Shown: piece after piece, positions 49,585-62,562 of the stretch
Layout: the number at the start of each line of letters is the position of its first letter
Numbering within the stretch: position 1 is the stretch's first letter
Notes under the pieces: model-generated
What the model was told of the DNA's origin: nothing
The model's database searches: none
The model's input: only the letters and a program-made list of their open reading frames with translations
Program-made: the position numbers and the translations under genes
DNA from: Phoronis australis
Lineage: Eukaryota > Animalia > Phoronida
DNA: 64,000 bases
Direction: 5' to 3'
NCBI GenBank assembly: GCA_002633005.1
Contig: NMRA01000295.1
Location: 1 to 64,000, forward strand

Positions 49585-50835
49585 CGGAATGTCCGCTATG
49601 TCCATGATATCTTTGTAGATTATTCGCTTTTGTCCCTTCAAACCGTGCTTGAATCCAATTTGATATTAAAGTTCAGGTATGAATTGCCTGTCTGTGAAAA
49701 GTTGCCATTTCTCGATGTCCTTGTACATTAGTCTGACGGTGGGTTTCGTACTTCAGTTTATCATAAACCTACAGACATTGGTGCCTGTTTACATGCTAAA
49801 AGTTATTGCCCTGAATGCTACAATCTGGCGGTTTGACTAGTTACCTCAAGAGGGCGCACCAGGTATCTGTTTGGCAAACATTCAACGTTGAAGTTCAACG
49901 CATCAAACAAGTTCTAGTTAAAAATGGTTCTTCTAATTCTTTTGTGGATAACCACATTAGGTCTTTCATATCTAGCATTGACTCCCATGCAGATACTGAA
50001 TTAGTTCTAATTCCACTGGGGACCTGTATTATGTATTATAAGTTCTGTATGTCTAATAATTATCTGAGTGACGAGCATGTGCTTATTAAGAAGATTGTAA
50101 GGGACAACGTTTTGGTGGTCAAACGTGGTGATAGATTGAATGTAGTTATTTATTATCAGAATATAAAGTCACATCACCTTGTCATGAAAAACAATCCCAG
50201 TCGTGAAAGACTACGACCAATAGCCAAATGTAATGTTGTTTAGCAAGTGTCATATGGACGAATGTCTTCGTCCTCATTCTCGTCAACAGCGTTACATTGG
50301 ACACATGATGTGTTCTCTCTCGCAACGGTCGTCCATGCACTTGTAGGGGGAGGTCTATTCAAGATCATTTTGTTCACCAACATGGCTGAAAAATAACTAG
50401 GCAAGAAATGGTAGACAATATCATCATTCGTTATGTTAAAAATGACACATTTCTGCTAAAGATTTTGGAATCGCTATTGATCAGTCATGAAAAACCTGTG
50501 TTGAATGAGCAGCTCACAGGTGTGTACTGCACGCTGGCTCTGTTTCGAAAGGCTTGTGGGCGTCCTACCGTGCATTGCATTTAAACTCTCTGCTTGCATT
50601 CCCCTCTTCCTGCTGTCACGTGTATTTCACTATTTATTTCGCTCTACATGTTTATCCCACTTATTGCCTGATGATGAGACATGCAGTCTCGAAATATAGC
50701 TAGTGTTAAATTAATTTGTTTGCTTGTTATGTCTCTTGGTGTTTTGCTATATAGCTACACACCTGAAGAAAGGAGATTGTTTTGACACTACGAGTGAATC
50801 AGTATCAAGCTTTCAAACAAAAAGTTTTGTCATGT
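49585..50835 (+). mobile_element. 5'-truncated degenerate Penelope-like retroelement (RT C-terminus, GIY-YIG, pseudo-LTR)
   Basis: Frameshifted motifs RYVHDIF (YVDD), EKLPFLDVLV, FRTSVYHKPTD, KCNVV, RYIGH, LESLLISHEKPVLNEQ. Confidence 0.87.
50664..50702 (+). ncRNA. Minimal type I hammerhead ribozyme (PLE pseudo-LTR)
   Basis: ttgc-CTGATGA-t-gagac/atgca/gtctc-GAAA-ta-TA-gcta; stem I has one mismatch. Confidence 0.68.
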
Positions 50836-50891
50836 CAAGATTTCTATCCTCGAATTTTCCAAGTCCAACATTTGTTACTGTGTAATTCCAG

Positions 50892-50957
50892 GAGATCGTT
50901 CTAAAGAGTAAAGAAAGTCTGTCAGAACATGTTGACTCACTACGCCGGAAATTTGAG
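50892..50957 (+). CDS. SPTBN5: beta-H spectrin exon G: EIVLKSKESLSEHVDSLRRKFE
   Basis: ttccag|GAG ... GAG|gtaatc; 66 nt, in frame between exons F and H. Confidence 0.9.
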
Positions 50958-51216
50958 GTAATCAGTTTCAGTTGTTCTTTTTGTTTGAGTTACATTCACT
51001 GTCACGTAGCATGATGAGCTACATGTTTGAGGATGTAATTATGAGTACTTCATCAGGTACTCATTAGTTTTCCTTTCCATGAATGTGAGTAATATTATCT
51101 ACAGACAAGATGACAGGTAGCTTGCTTTAATTTGTTGATTGCTTCATAGTAAGAGCTGATGGTCCAAAAGTATTTAATAAAATGGCTGTTCTGGTGTTTT
51201 ACAGATTTGAATTTTA

Positions 51217-53608
51217 CCGTAATCGTTCGGGTTAACGCCCTGGGCGGTTAAATTGGCGAATCCAAAAAATCGGGGGAGGGCGGTTAACCGAGCAGTGGGC
51301 GGTTAAATCGAAAATCCACCTAAAGTAGGGGATGGGCGGTTAACCGAACATGGGCGCTTATTACGTCAGACAACCGCCCTGGGCGGTTAATCTTACCTGG
51401 CGATCTAAATCCCGACACGACAATCATACTCGGAACGCGTAGCCCTTTTCAAAGAGCTTTATCGTCACGTCGCCAAATGACTGAAAACATCATAACAGCG
51501 GATGATCCCAACAAAGGTTCTCTTGCCCTCAGATTAGTCATTCACTATTAAATTTACAAAATTGCTGAGTAATAGCCCCGTGCCATCCTGCGGTGCGCAG
51601 ACGACCAGTGACCTCGCAGCCTCCACTAGAATAAAATTGTTTCAAGATGTGACCCTGCTTAAGTGCGCGCGTGCAAGCTTCACGTGTTGCAGAGGTCAGA
51701 CATCAAATTTATGGTTACAGTCTCGTACTATATGTAGCTGTCAAGTTCCGACTCAGAGAGCAGTTTTAAAATTGGTTGTAATAAAAGTTTGAAAAACTTA
51801 ACTCTGTTGTTTTTTTGTGTTTGGGATGTTATAGTCGACACTCCGTGACTCAATGACATTTTCGGCGTATGGTTCTGCGGCTAGCTGTCTTATCTCGACA
51901 GCCGGCATTGCTCTCTTGCCGTTGCGCCAAACATGCTATGCAAAGAAGTAAGACAAGGATCGGGGGTGGTCGAGCCAGTCGTCGATCAAGAATAAATTTT
52001 CAAGCAACTGCATAAATATGTTACAAAATGTCAGAAAACAGCAATGTTTCAATTCATTATTCTAAACGATCACCTTGCCAAACTTCGTGGTGGAAAAACA
52101 TTTATTTTTCATGCAAGATGTCCAGATTATCCTATTTATATCACTTGTAATATCGCACTGCGGCACTGTTCGGTCCCGCTGTTATCGCCCAATGTCTCAG
52201 TCGGCTGACAATCGTGACTTGGAAATGCCGTCAAGTAATATAACGGCCTCTTTCAATATGCATCTCGTTTTTTATGGCCAAAGATAGTGGCGATATTCAG
52301 CACGCATGTAGGGCCTACGTGTGAGTCACCTGTCAATCACATGTTGGTGTCAAGGTAACATGCACTCCAAAGTGTGGGAACTTGCGCACGTGCACCACTA
52401 TAAATCAGTCACACATAGCGACAGTCCGAAAAAACAAAAACGGGCGTGACTATGTGCTTTTAAGCTCTTGTTACGAAAGACCCAGTTCTTTACGATATTC
52501 CTCCCTTGCCAATGTTCCCGAAAACTGCGATGTCAAGTCTATTGCCATATTTCCCGGCTCGATGCTCCCTAAGCCCATCCCTGTAACTAGCTGTGTCAGT
52601 GAATCTCCTACCCACTATCGTCAAGCAGTCTACGTCATAGATATTTCAGACTCGAATGGTAAGAATTTTTGTTCAGGCTGAAAATAGCCAATGTATGAAC
52701 AAAATTATTCTGGATGGCTAAAAAGGGGATGTGGAAATGATAATTCACACAGTCACGCTTTCGTGCAGGCTGACGCAAGAATAGTAAACAGCCAGCGACA
52801 TTAGCTAAATCTGCTAGCCAGTTTGACTGAGATGCAATAAGCGAAAAACAAAATTTGACTAGCCGTTTTTTTATTACTTCAAGATCATACACAAACATAC
52901 ATTATTGCCTACATTTGAATTCAGAAATCGACAGGCAGCAACGAAATCGGTAACCCAGTAAGGCACTTGTACTGTCCCTTCGGTCGCCCCACAACCTCTA
53001 TAACCCGGCAGTTATATTCATCAAAATATTGAGAATTTGACATCTTTCCGTGAGTTGTGAGATTTGTTCAAAATACGAGAGCTTCCCACCTTAATAGAAT
53101 TTGGAGGGTTGGCAAAACCATTGTCACATTTCTCTGGCCTGATTTTTTCGAATATATGCTTTATCTAGTGTACTCCAGACGCTGAAAGCGGAGGTTTTGA
53201 CGCCGGCGGCGTTCTTAAACTTTGCAAACAAGGGAAGAAAATAAAGTGACAAAAAGGTTCAAGTATTATATTTTAAAGTGAATTCATGACCCAAGACAAC
53301 TCGTTACCTGTATTGTAATTCAGATTGCAAAACCCCCGTCTCGGAGTCCCGGCTTCGTTGCACTCATTGTGATGGTCGATCTTTTTCTAAAAGTTGGGGA
53401 ATCGCGCGTTTCCTTAGCACTAGGCGCTAAATCTTCATTCTTTAAAAGTTGGGGATGGGCGCTTAACCAAGAGGTGGGCGCTTAACTGGAAATCTTCAAA
53501 AATCGCAGGGGGGCGCTTAACCGAGCAGTGGGCGGTTAAATCGAAAATCCACTTAAAGTCAGGGATGGGCAGTTAACTGAGCATGGGCGTTAACCCAAAC
53601 GATTACGG
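51217..53608. mobile_element. Family 1 non-autonomous Tc1/mariner-pogo-type transposon (2.4 kb)
   Basis: TA|CCGTAATCGTTCGGGTTAACGCCC … GGGCGTTAACCCAAACGATTACGG|TA; no intact transposase ORF. Confidence 0.9.
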
Positions 53609-55450
53609 TAGTAACAACATCTTTTTGCATTAGACATATTTTTAACTTGACAACCTCAAAGCTATTTCCTTTTGTAGCTATTTTTGTTGATGAGTAGGAC
53701 AACTACGCACTTTCAACTGTATGCAATTTGTATTTGAAATAAGCAACAGTCCATCATTAAAGAAGAATGATTTCTGATTTGAATTCGTTTTGGAACTTTG
53801 TAGTCAATTTCTGTAAAAACAAAAACACAAATTAAAACAGTTTCTCAAACTGTAAGTAGTGATACAGTGAGCAAGTTTTCAAATGTCAGAAGGTTTTAAG
53901 TTCTGTCCCCTGGTCGTGATGAGCTGTATCCCTTGGATGAATTAAGTTGTGTTGATGGTTGGAGTAAGTTGTGTCCCCTGGGTAGAATAAGTTGTGTCCC
54001 CTGATTGGAGTAAGTTGTGCCCCCTTGCTTTTCAATTATGATAACCGTTGGTGTGCTCGTAAAAGGTACCCACTCATCCAATTAGATTGCACTGTGTGTA
54101 CACGCCACGCTTCGCTAACTGGTAGCGCTGATTTTAAGCAATCATGTCACGGCATTCTGTCGTTCAGCAACTTTTCCAGACGTGAGGGGCTCTGAATGTG
54201 CGATAACATCTGGCTCCTTTGTTAACTGCCCAGCACATCCTTTTGTCCCGTATGACATCAACCAGGCCAGTTATCTCCCTGGCTTCAAAGGGTTACTGCC
54301 AAAACCTGGCACAATGGATTGTCTTAACTTCTGTTGTAGTTGGGCGATTTTGGTGATTCAAATACCAAATATGATCAGCATTTGACAAAGAATTCAGAAA
54401 TGCTATTGGTTTATGTTTAAATATGTTATAAACCGTAACTTTCATTTTTATCAGCACTGCCCAGTTAGGCTGGATACAGTCTGATCAGAGATAAGAGCAA
54501 TTATTGAACAAAAGAGAGCTGGGCCCTCCAGAACCATAAATGCCAGAATGGAATTAATTAGTCGTGTAAGATATTGGCTACAGGGGTGATCGTCCCAACT
54601 TGTTGTTGGACTATAGAATTGAACAAGTTGGGAGCAACGGGAAAACGCCGTAATGATCGTATATTCCTAGTGTGTTAAATTGTGAAAAATTGCCGACAAC
54701 TTTTTGTGGGGTAGATTTTTCTGTAGGAAGTCAGCCAGTAGGACTAGTGCACTATTTGGGGTTGACTGAAGCCAATGCAGTGGGCGTTTTGCACACACAT
54801 TTTGTTCAGTAAGTCAAACGTAATAAAATTAATTTTCCAACTTTTCTGATACTGCTGTATTGCGACAAAAAACCCAGAAACATACCGACCAAGGCTTTTG
54901 AACGGTCTGCCCTGAACAAACACTCCCGGCCATCCGCCATCGAAAAGCCACCTCTGTTGCAAAACAACGCCCACACTAGCCACACCAAATGATCTTGACT
55001 TGAATCATTGAAAACAGCTTTGTTGTTGTGGGCTATACTGATTATTCACGCAGCGATAATGCAGCAAACCACGTGATTGGTGCGAAGCGCCACCTGTTTG
55101 CAGTAAATCCTTGGATGAATGGGTACCTTTTGCAGTGGGCTCAGTGCCAAAGGCCCACAGATTTTCAGTACCAGCCCTGTTACTTAAGGTAAAAAGTCTC
55201 ACTCACAATGTGGCCGACTAATGAAATTTAATTTTTTGTATTAAATACATAGTATCAATTTAATGCGTTATTAAGTTCAAGTGTTGTAGGACACATACTA
55301 TGCCACAAAATTTTGAAAACTGAGCACTCCCAACAATGTTAGAAGACTGATAAAAGGGGAGGTTTGGAAATTGGTTAGAATTTGTTGTAACAGTTTGCCG
55401 TTCATTTGACCAGTGATGCCTGAATAATAATAACATTTATAATAATAAAC

Positions 55451-56253
55451 AAACATGATAAGGATTAAGTCAACCAAATGACATGCAGTGTTATCATTCA
55501 GTCAACCAAATGACATGCAGTGTTATCATTCAGTCAACCAAATGACATGCAGTGTTATCATTCAGTCAACCAAATGACATGCAGTGTTATCATTCAGTCA
55601 TAAACATGATAAGGATTAAGTCAACCAAATGACATGCAGTGTTATCATTCAGTCAACCAAATGACATGCAGTGTTATCATTCAGTCAACCAAATGACATG
55701 CAGTGTTATCATTCAGTCAACCAAATGACATGCAGTGTTATCATTCAGTCATAAACATGATAAGGATTAAGTCAACCAAATGACATGCAGTGTTATCATT
55801 CAGTCAACCAAATGACATGCAGTGTTATCATTCAGTCAACCAAATGACATGCAGTGTTATCATTCAGTCAACCAAATGACATGCAGTGTTATCATTCAGT
55901 CAACCAAATGACATGCAGTGTTATCATTCAGTCAACCAAATGACATGCAGTGTTATCATTCAGTCAACCAAATGACATGCAGTGTTATCATTCAGTCAAC
56001 CAAATGACATGCAGTGTTATCATTCAGTCAACCAAATGACATGCAGTGTTATCATTCAGTCAACCAAATGACATGCAGTGTTATCATTCAGTCAACCAAA
56101 TGACATGCAGTGTTATCATTCAGTCAACCAAATGACATGCAGTGTTATCATTCAGTCAACCAAATGACATGCAGTGTTATCATTCAGTCAACCAAATGAC
56201 ATGCAGTGTTATCATTCAGTCAACCAAATGACATGCAGTGTTATCATTCAGTC
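55451..56253. repeat. Minisatellite, 32-bp unit (agtcaaccaaatgacatgcagtgttatcattc), ~23 copies with higher-order structure
   Basis: Spacer + 4 units twice, then spacer + ~15 units; the spacer aaacatgataaggatta is identical each time. Confidence 0.97.
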
Positions 56254-56960
56254 GTGTGCCTTGCCACATCATACTTGTGGTTTGAACAATTGTTAATATC
56301 AGCCGAAAAGTAAAATATTGCAAAAAGTAATCAAAAACTTTAAAAAATGGTGTCACTCCCTTGAAAATCTATTATATCGTTCAAAAGCAAATTGACACAA
56401 GGCCTGAGGGTTGTTAAAGATAAACATGAAGTACTTATTTGTCCTGTTTAGCTGGCCAATAATGAAAATTGAATTAGTCCTTGTACTCTAATAGTATCAG
56501 CCTCATCCTGCGTAATGTATATGTATATTTATAATACAGTAGGTTTATTGCAACACAAGTTTAAGACAATTCAATGTTGCAAAGAATTCGCCCAGAAAAA
56601 AAATGTTATATTTAGGCTTCTATTTATTTAGCGATAATTTAGTTATTAATAACTAAAATATAGTAATGAGCAATACAGAGAAAGTAACAAAAATAAAAGG
56701 TAATGGGCCTCATAATATTCTTTATTGTACTAAGATTCTATTTCTGTTACCATCAAGAAACAATAACCCTCAGCGACTCAAGCAGTCCATATTGGGGTTG
56801 GCCTACTCTGAAATTTCAAGTTTTGAAAATTGCGTGTGTATGCATTGCCTACGAGTTGGGGGCTCAATCGGTTACAATTGTGCGTGTATGTGTTACCTGT
56901 GAGCTCAATAGTCCTTGTGCCAGTTAATAACAGTAATGCAAGATTCTGTTAGACTTAACT

Positions 56961-57942
56961 GTCACCGGAACTGGGGCAAAAGCTTGTCATTTGGCCATTT
57001 GCCCGATACGTTAGCAGAGTGTATTCTGTTCAGTTTACTTCAAGTTTTTAAACTTTTAGTGTGAAAAATGCCAAACAAGCATTGCGGTTATGGGAAATGT
57101 AATTCACATTAGCGTTACAATACTAATTCCCGTAACATTCTGTACTAATTTCGGTCCATGTATTTTAAATGGGCGTTAGGCGAAGTCCACTCACAGATTA
57201 AGTTTTCACCTCGTCAAAAATACATTTTAAACTTAAAACTATCACTTAAAAAGTGCTAACTTTTTCCAGTGAGCCTACCTTTATTTTTGATGAAGCATAG
57301 GTATGAGAATTAAGGTGACTTTGGAGAAGAATTCCAACTCCACTTTTTTGGTTACTGTTAACTTTTTTACCGCAATAACCACAAAGTATTTCTACTGAGT
57401 CACGTGAGTTAGGCAAAGGCTAGCGTGAGACTGAGTGAAGCGCGTGACACTTGCAAAATAACATAGGAAGATATCAAGGAAGATTTGTAAGATTTATGTC
57501 CCTTGGACTTTTTGTTCGTCAACAGGCGTGGTTTCACCTAACTTCCTCAAAATGGCACTAGGTGAGAGAAACTCGAGCAAACCACGACAGATTTTCATGT
57601 CGAATATGTTCAAGTTATTTGGTGACTAAATTGTAACCAGAGTCATAGTATGCATTAATTATAACTCCATGTAACTTTTTATGGGAATGTACTATCGCCC
57701 TGTATGCCTGCGGCATTCAGGGCAGTAATTACCTAGTCTGGGTCGAGTTCCAATTTCAGTCCGTTCACAGGTTCGCACAACATAACAAATTCACCCTTTC
57801 TCCATCCAAGCAGTTCCATCAACCACCTCTTAAGTTCGTAGTAATGTTTTAAGCGTAAAATTCTCCATAAAAACTCTTATGTAGCAAAGACTCATGTGCA
57901 AAACAAGGGCAATATGGCGAGTTTTGCCCTACTTCCGGTGAC
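56961..57942. mobile_element. ~1-kb TIR element (unclassified MITE)
   Basis: gtcaccggaactggggcaaaa … ttttgccctacttccggtgac. Confidence 0.7.
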
Positions 57943-57984
57943 GTTACAATGAAGAACTGTAAACTGGCAAGTGAGCTGTTGGTT

Positions 57985-58166
57985 ATGTGTTGCCTGTGAG
58001 TTGGGGGCTCAATTGGTAACAAATGCAAGTGTGTGTTGCCTGCAAGTTGGGGGTTCAATTGGTAACAATTACGCATGTATGCATTCCCTGCGATTCGGGG
58101 ACTCAATTGGTAACAATTGCGTGTGTATGTCTTGCCTGTGAGTTGGGGGATCAATTGGTAACAATT
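57985..58166. repeat. ~46-bp tandem repeat (ttgcctgtgagttgggggctcaattggtaacaa…); further units at ~56830..56905
   Basis: Direct inspection. Confidence 0.8.
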
Positions 58167-58341
58167 TAAGATCAGATGAGCATAGTAATGTTTTTAAACC
58201 CCAAAGCAGTTTTGTGGTTTAAGAATTCCACATTGACAGCTAGACAACAGTAAAATGCCTGCTCAGATGTGTGATTTAACCACTCGTGTTTTCTGTTTCT
58301 TCAGTTTTTCATTTTTTCCATTCTCTTTGCTGGTCTTTCAG

Positions 58342-58472
58342 GACATTGTTACTGACTTGGTGGCCAATGGTGGCGCTCTTGACACTATTAATGAATTGGC
58401 CAATAGGATTGTGAAGGCAGGCCACAGCCAACAGGGGGCTATAGTGAAGCGACAGCAGGATATCAACACTAG
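58342..58472 (+). CDS. SPTBN5: beta-H spectrin exon H: DIVTDLVANGGALDTINELANRIVKAGHSQQGAIVKRQQDINT(R)
   Basis: Long pyrimidine tract, tttcag|GAC ... AG|gtgact; phase 0/2; GH…I..RQ..IN motif. Confidence 0.94.
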
Positions 58473-59286
58473 GTGACTCACAGTTGTGTGGCTACTTTGA
58501 AAGACGTCACCATATAAAAGTTGTAACATGAATATTTACTAAGTATGCAGAGATGTGGTAGAGATATCTTTAGGCCTTTGATTGCAGTTTTTAAACTATA
58601 TACTTAAAAGTATAGAGCAATTAAATAAATGATCTTAAGTAATATTTAATCAGTAGTATAGTTGTTCTATCTGTGATCCAGGCTCAATGACTTGTCATTA
58701 AGTATTGGGTTGTGAATGTATATATTCTGGTATAATCAAAATATGGAGGAATTGCATTGCGTATTTCATATTTTAAGTTCGATGCTTGATCTGTGCTCTT
58801 GATCTTGTATGGAGAGAGCATTATTTTCTGTTTTCGAAAAAAAGAAAAATCAATTTTAGCAAACTTAGAATTAATTTTTTCTATTTTGTAAAGTTAGCAA
58901 ATTCCATTTGAATTTTAAATTGATAACATGACAGTGATGTGGGAATTGCCTTAGTTGATCGTGCCACAATTCTGTTTTGCGTATTAGTTAATTGTTCAAA
59001 ACTGTAAAACGGCACCTTCGGAAAAAATAAGCAACTACTTGAGATGTCTGCTGCTTGGTTTGTTGCCTTAATTGTTGAATTTGATGGATTACATTTCTTG
59101 TTTTTGGTAATTATGACAAAAAATATTGAAATTGTGACATCTGCTACTGAACTATGAGAATTCAGATTCCATAAGTCTGGTGCCTTTTCCATTATCGCTG
59201 AAACCAGTGTCTCTGTGTATAACAGTTGTGGTATCTCAAAATGATATCAAAGTCAAAATTTCTATAATGTCATTTGTTTTCATTAG

Positions 59287-59538
59287 GTGGCAGAACTTAA
59301 ACCATTTAAAAATGGAACGAGAAAAAACACTAGAGGGTGCTTCCAGCATCGAACTGTTCCAGAGAACATGCGACGAGACTAAATCATGGGTGCAGGAGAA
59401 GTTAAGTATGGCAGCCATTGATGACCAGGGTCGTGACCTCAACAGTGTTCAGAACCTGCAACGGAAACATCAGATGCTTGAAAGGGAGATAATCCCAGTG
59501 GAGGCAAAGTTAGACAAGGTGGAACTGCTTGCTTCTTC
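59287..59538 (+). CDS. SPTBN5: beta-H spectrin exon I: WQNLNHLKMEREKTLEGASSIELFQRTCDETKSWVQEK…LLAS
   Basis: cattag|G ... TC|gtaagt; 252 nt, phase 2/2; canonical spectrin repeat (GRDL.SVQ.LQRKH). Confidence 0.95.
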
Positions 59539-60599
59539 GTAAGTTCTTTCTTGTGACACCAGAATTATGTGGGAAGAATGTGTTCATCCATGAAGATTAT
59601 GAATATGTCTGTTGTCTGTTTGTGGAGAACAATGTCTTGTAACACTTTCTAGTAAAGGGCTCATGACAAACCTGGAAGTGTGAAAAAAATGTGAAAATGG
59701 GATATCTAGGTTTTTATACCAGCCTTGAAAGGCCGATATAACCGTTAAATAACCCATTTAGTTATTTAACGGCATTAAATAACATTTTGGCGGGAAACCG
59801 AGGTCAGTTTCAAACCCGCTTCGCAAGAGTTTCGAGTCGTCGACTGCACCACGCAGCAGCTGACGTGATCAAATGGGAAAAAATACTTAAATGAACACGC
59901 ACAACAGTCGCTAGTTCAACAAACCGCATGTTACCAACATTTATATGCCATGAAAACTAAGACGCACAATTTCAATAAACGACATCTTTAATTTAGTAAA
60001 ATTTATCTGTCATTTTCTCTCACTTGTAAATCATCATCGATGTTCAGTTTGAATGCGAGTAATGTGTCATTGGGATGCTTTCAATTGGACATTATACTAA
60101 GTAACCATTGGTAACCTACTTTAGCCAATGATATTTCCACAGTGGAAGCTTAGCATGGAAAGATGCGAAGTAAGTTAGACTAGTTGTAGTAAGTTAGACT
60201 AGTCGCTTGAAAATTATTTTACAGATTCACTTTATTTCTATTTTGTTTCATTTTTTGTTTGGTTTTAAGTAAAAACGTCATTTTAAAAAGAAAAACTCGG
60301 CGTTTCTTAAAAGCTCATGACCTTCGACTCCAGGCCTCTGACATAGAAAGTTACAAAAGCCGAGGCGAGTCGAGAAAGGTGGATTGATTCATTGCAATGT
60401 TCGTCGTTCAGTATGTGGTATAAATAGATTATTACATGTTCTCAGTCGTTATCCCCCTTATCTGGAGCCCTCATGAATTTTGTAGAATTGTAATTCTCCA
60501 AAATCCACTCGAGCCCTAGATTACGGGGGATAACGACTTCGCCATTTAATAATGTATATTTATCTCTAAACTTTAGATGATATACTGGATGTTTTACAG

Positions 60600-60759
60600 T
60601 GTGAAAACCTCATACCCAAATGAGGCGGCTTTTGTTAATGGAAAACACAAAGAACTAAAGTCTTTGTGGAAATCGCTTCAGTCTCGTGTCAAGGACAGAC
60701 GGCAGCAATTAGACAGCGCAGAAAAAGTGGCCATCTTTAACGAGGCCCTTCATGACTTG
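60600..60759 (+). CDS. SPTBN5: beta-H spectrin exon J: VKTSYPNEAAFVNGKHKELKSLWKSLQSRVKDRRQQLDSAEKVAIFNEALHDL
   Basis: ttacag|T ... TTG|gtgaga; phase 2/0; W..L…RR..L helix C. Confidence 0.94.
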
Positions 60760-61052
60760 GTGAGAACCTTAAGTTTGTTTAATGTTACAGTTCTGTTGGT
60801 TTGGATTTAGTACTATTGCAGGCTACTGCATACCATGTTTTAACAAGGACCTGAATGAGTTATGGTTGGAATCTGAAGGGTTTATAACCACATCATGATT
60901 ACTTTTGGGGGGATTATATTACATGAATGGTTACCAGTAACTTTTAGTGACATTGGTCACTATTTTGGTCTATTAAACTTCATTAAAAATCTGTCCTTTT
61001 TATTGTTTGAATACCAAAATAACTGGAGCTACTGAAGAGGTTTTACCTGCTG

Positions 61053-61790
61053 CTTATTTATTTATTTTATTTATTAATGTAATATTTACAATAAGGGTAG
61101 CCCAATCAGTTCACCCTGCATTCCATGGGGGCTCTCAGTAAAAACAGATTAGTAAGATAAAAACAGAATTACAAAATGAAAGACAATATTTAAATAATAA
61201 TCAAAGAAAAAGAAATTAACACGGAAAGACTGATGAAACAAAATAAAAATATAATAAATAAAATATGATTAATAGAAGATAAAGAAATTAAGACAAGATA
61301 ATAAACTAAAATATAAATATAAATAATTAAAAACAAACAATAAATAATTAATAAAAGTAAGACATGGTACAAATATACACGCATGTATAAACATGCACTC
61401 TTACACACACATACATAAACATACATATGTACATATAGAAAAACACATACATAAACACAAACATACACGTGAATACACAACTACACACACACACATACAT
61501 GTACACATGACTAAAAATAGTCTGATATGGGGATACTGAATCTAAAATTGCTAAACAGAACACATCTACATGAAGTTAAATCTATTTTGTTATAATTCCT
61601 TTAAAGGTTATAAAGGATGATGTAGATTTGGCATCTGCAGGGAGAGAGTTCCATAAATAGGGCCCGCTGTAGGAAAATGATTTTTTCCCAGTTTCGCTTC
61701 TGCGTTTAGGAACATTGAAATCAGATGATGATGAGGACCTAGTATTGTAGCGATTAGTATTGTAGCTTCTTTGTCTTGCTATCTCTATCA
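61053..61790 (-). mobile_element. 3' end of a CR1/L2-type LINE with simple-repeat-rich 3' UTR
   Basis: The - strand reads YNTR…PKRRSETGKKSFSYSGPYLWNSLP…SFITFK; (aata)n-like tail near 61053. Confidence 0.78.
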
Positions 61791-62341
61791 AGCCAATGTC
61801 TCACTGTGACAAATGGAATGTGCACTTAAAAGTGTACATTCCATTTGTCACAGATATTCTGTATGCTGTGCAGTAAATGGACTAAAGGTAACTTGTATTT
61901 AATTCCTCATGTTGCTGAAAAGTCCAAAAATATTATTACTAGTAACTAGTTGATTCCTTTTGTGATTTAAAATATTTTTGTCTTATAGCGCATTGGCCTA
62001 TTTTAAGTGTATATTTTATCACGTTTTGATAGAAAATATGCTTGACTGGACATTTAATTTGGTTGTAAATATTTTCTATTTCGTTATTAAGTGTACGGTG
62101 ACTAGAGTGTGCAATGTATGGTTTTGTTGAATCTCCTGAAGTATATATTAAAGGTACTTCTGATATTTACAACACTGTGTAATATTGTGTGTAATTCCTT
62201 CATACATTTCCTTTTGATAACATTCTTACTTCATCATCATATTCAAAGGTAAACTGGATAGATATAGAAATGAAACAAAAAAAGCTTTTCATTATCAACC
62301 CAAAATAGTATGTTGATGAAATCATAAAACCAGTTGTCAAT

Positions 62342-62562
62342 AGGTTGGCAGGCATTGGGTTGGCAGGCAGTGGGTTGGCAGGCAGTGGGTTGGCAGGCAT
62401 TGGGTTAGCAGGCAGTGGGTTGGCAGGCTGTGGGTTGGCAGGCATTGGGTTAGCAGGCAGTGGGTTGGCAGGCTGTGGGTTGGCAGGCATTGGGTTGGCT
62501 GGCAGTGGGTTGGCAGGCAGTAAGATAGCAGGCAATACTTTAGCAGGCAGTAGGTTAGCAGC
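62342..62562. repeat. G-rich minisatellite, 15-bp unit (gggttggcaggcagt) x~14
   Basis: Direct inspection. Confidence 0.93.

Larger units (their letters stand above)
5376..60759 (+). other. SPTBN5: Partial multi-exon gene: beta-heavy spectrin (karst/sma-1/SPTBN5-like); continues beyond both window edges
   Basis: Ten GT-AG exons with compatible phases give a continuous ORF of spectrin repeats (e.g. YYQDANEAESWMREK, FYRECDEFESWMADK, FQRTCDETKSWVQEK). An SH3 domain flanked by long E/V- and K/V-rich linkers is inserted in one repeat, which is the invertebrate beta-H spectrin architecture. Confidence 0.9.

Noticed and set aside
55451-56253. CRISPR-like array of 32-bp repeats
   Set aside because: Units are contiguous, the rare spacers are identical, there are no cas genes and the context is a eukaryotic intron
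5376-60759. Alpha-spectrin assignment (also has an SH3)
   Set aside because: The SH3 lacks the alpha-spectrin ALYDY…SPRE pattern and has the long E/V and K/V linkers typical of beta-H spectrin
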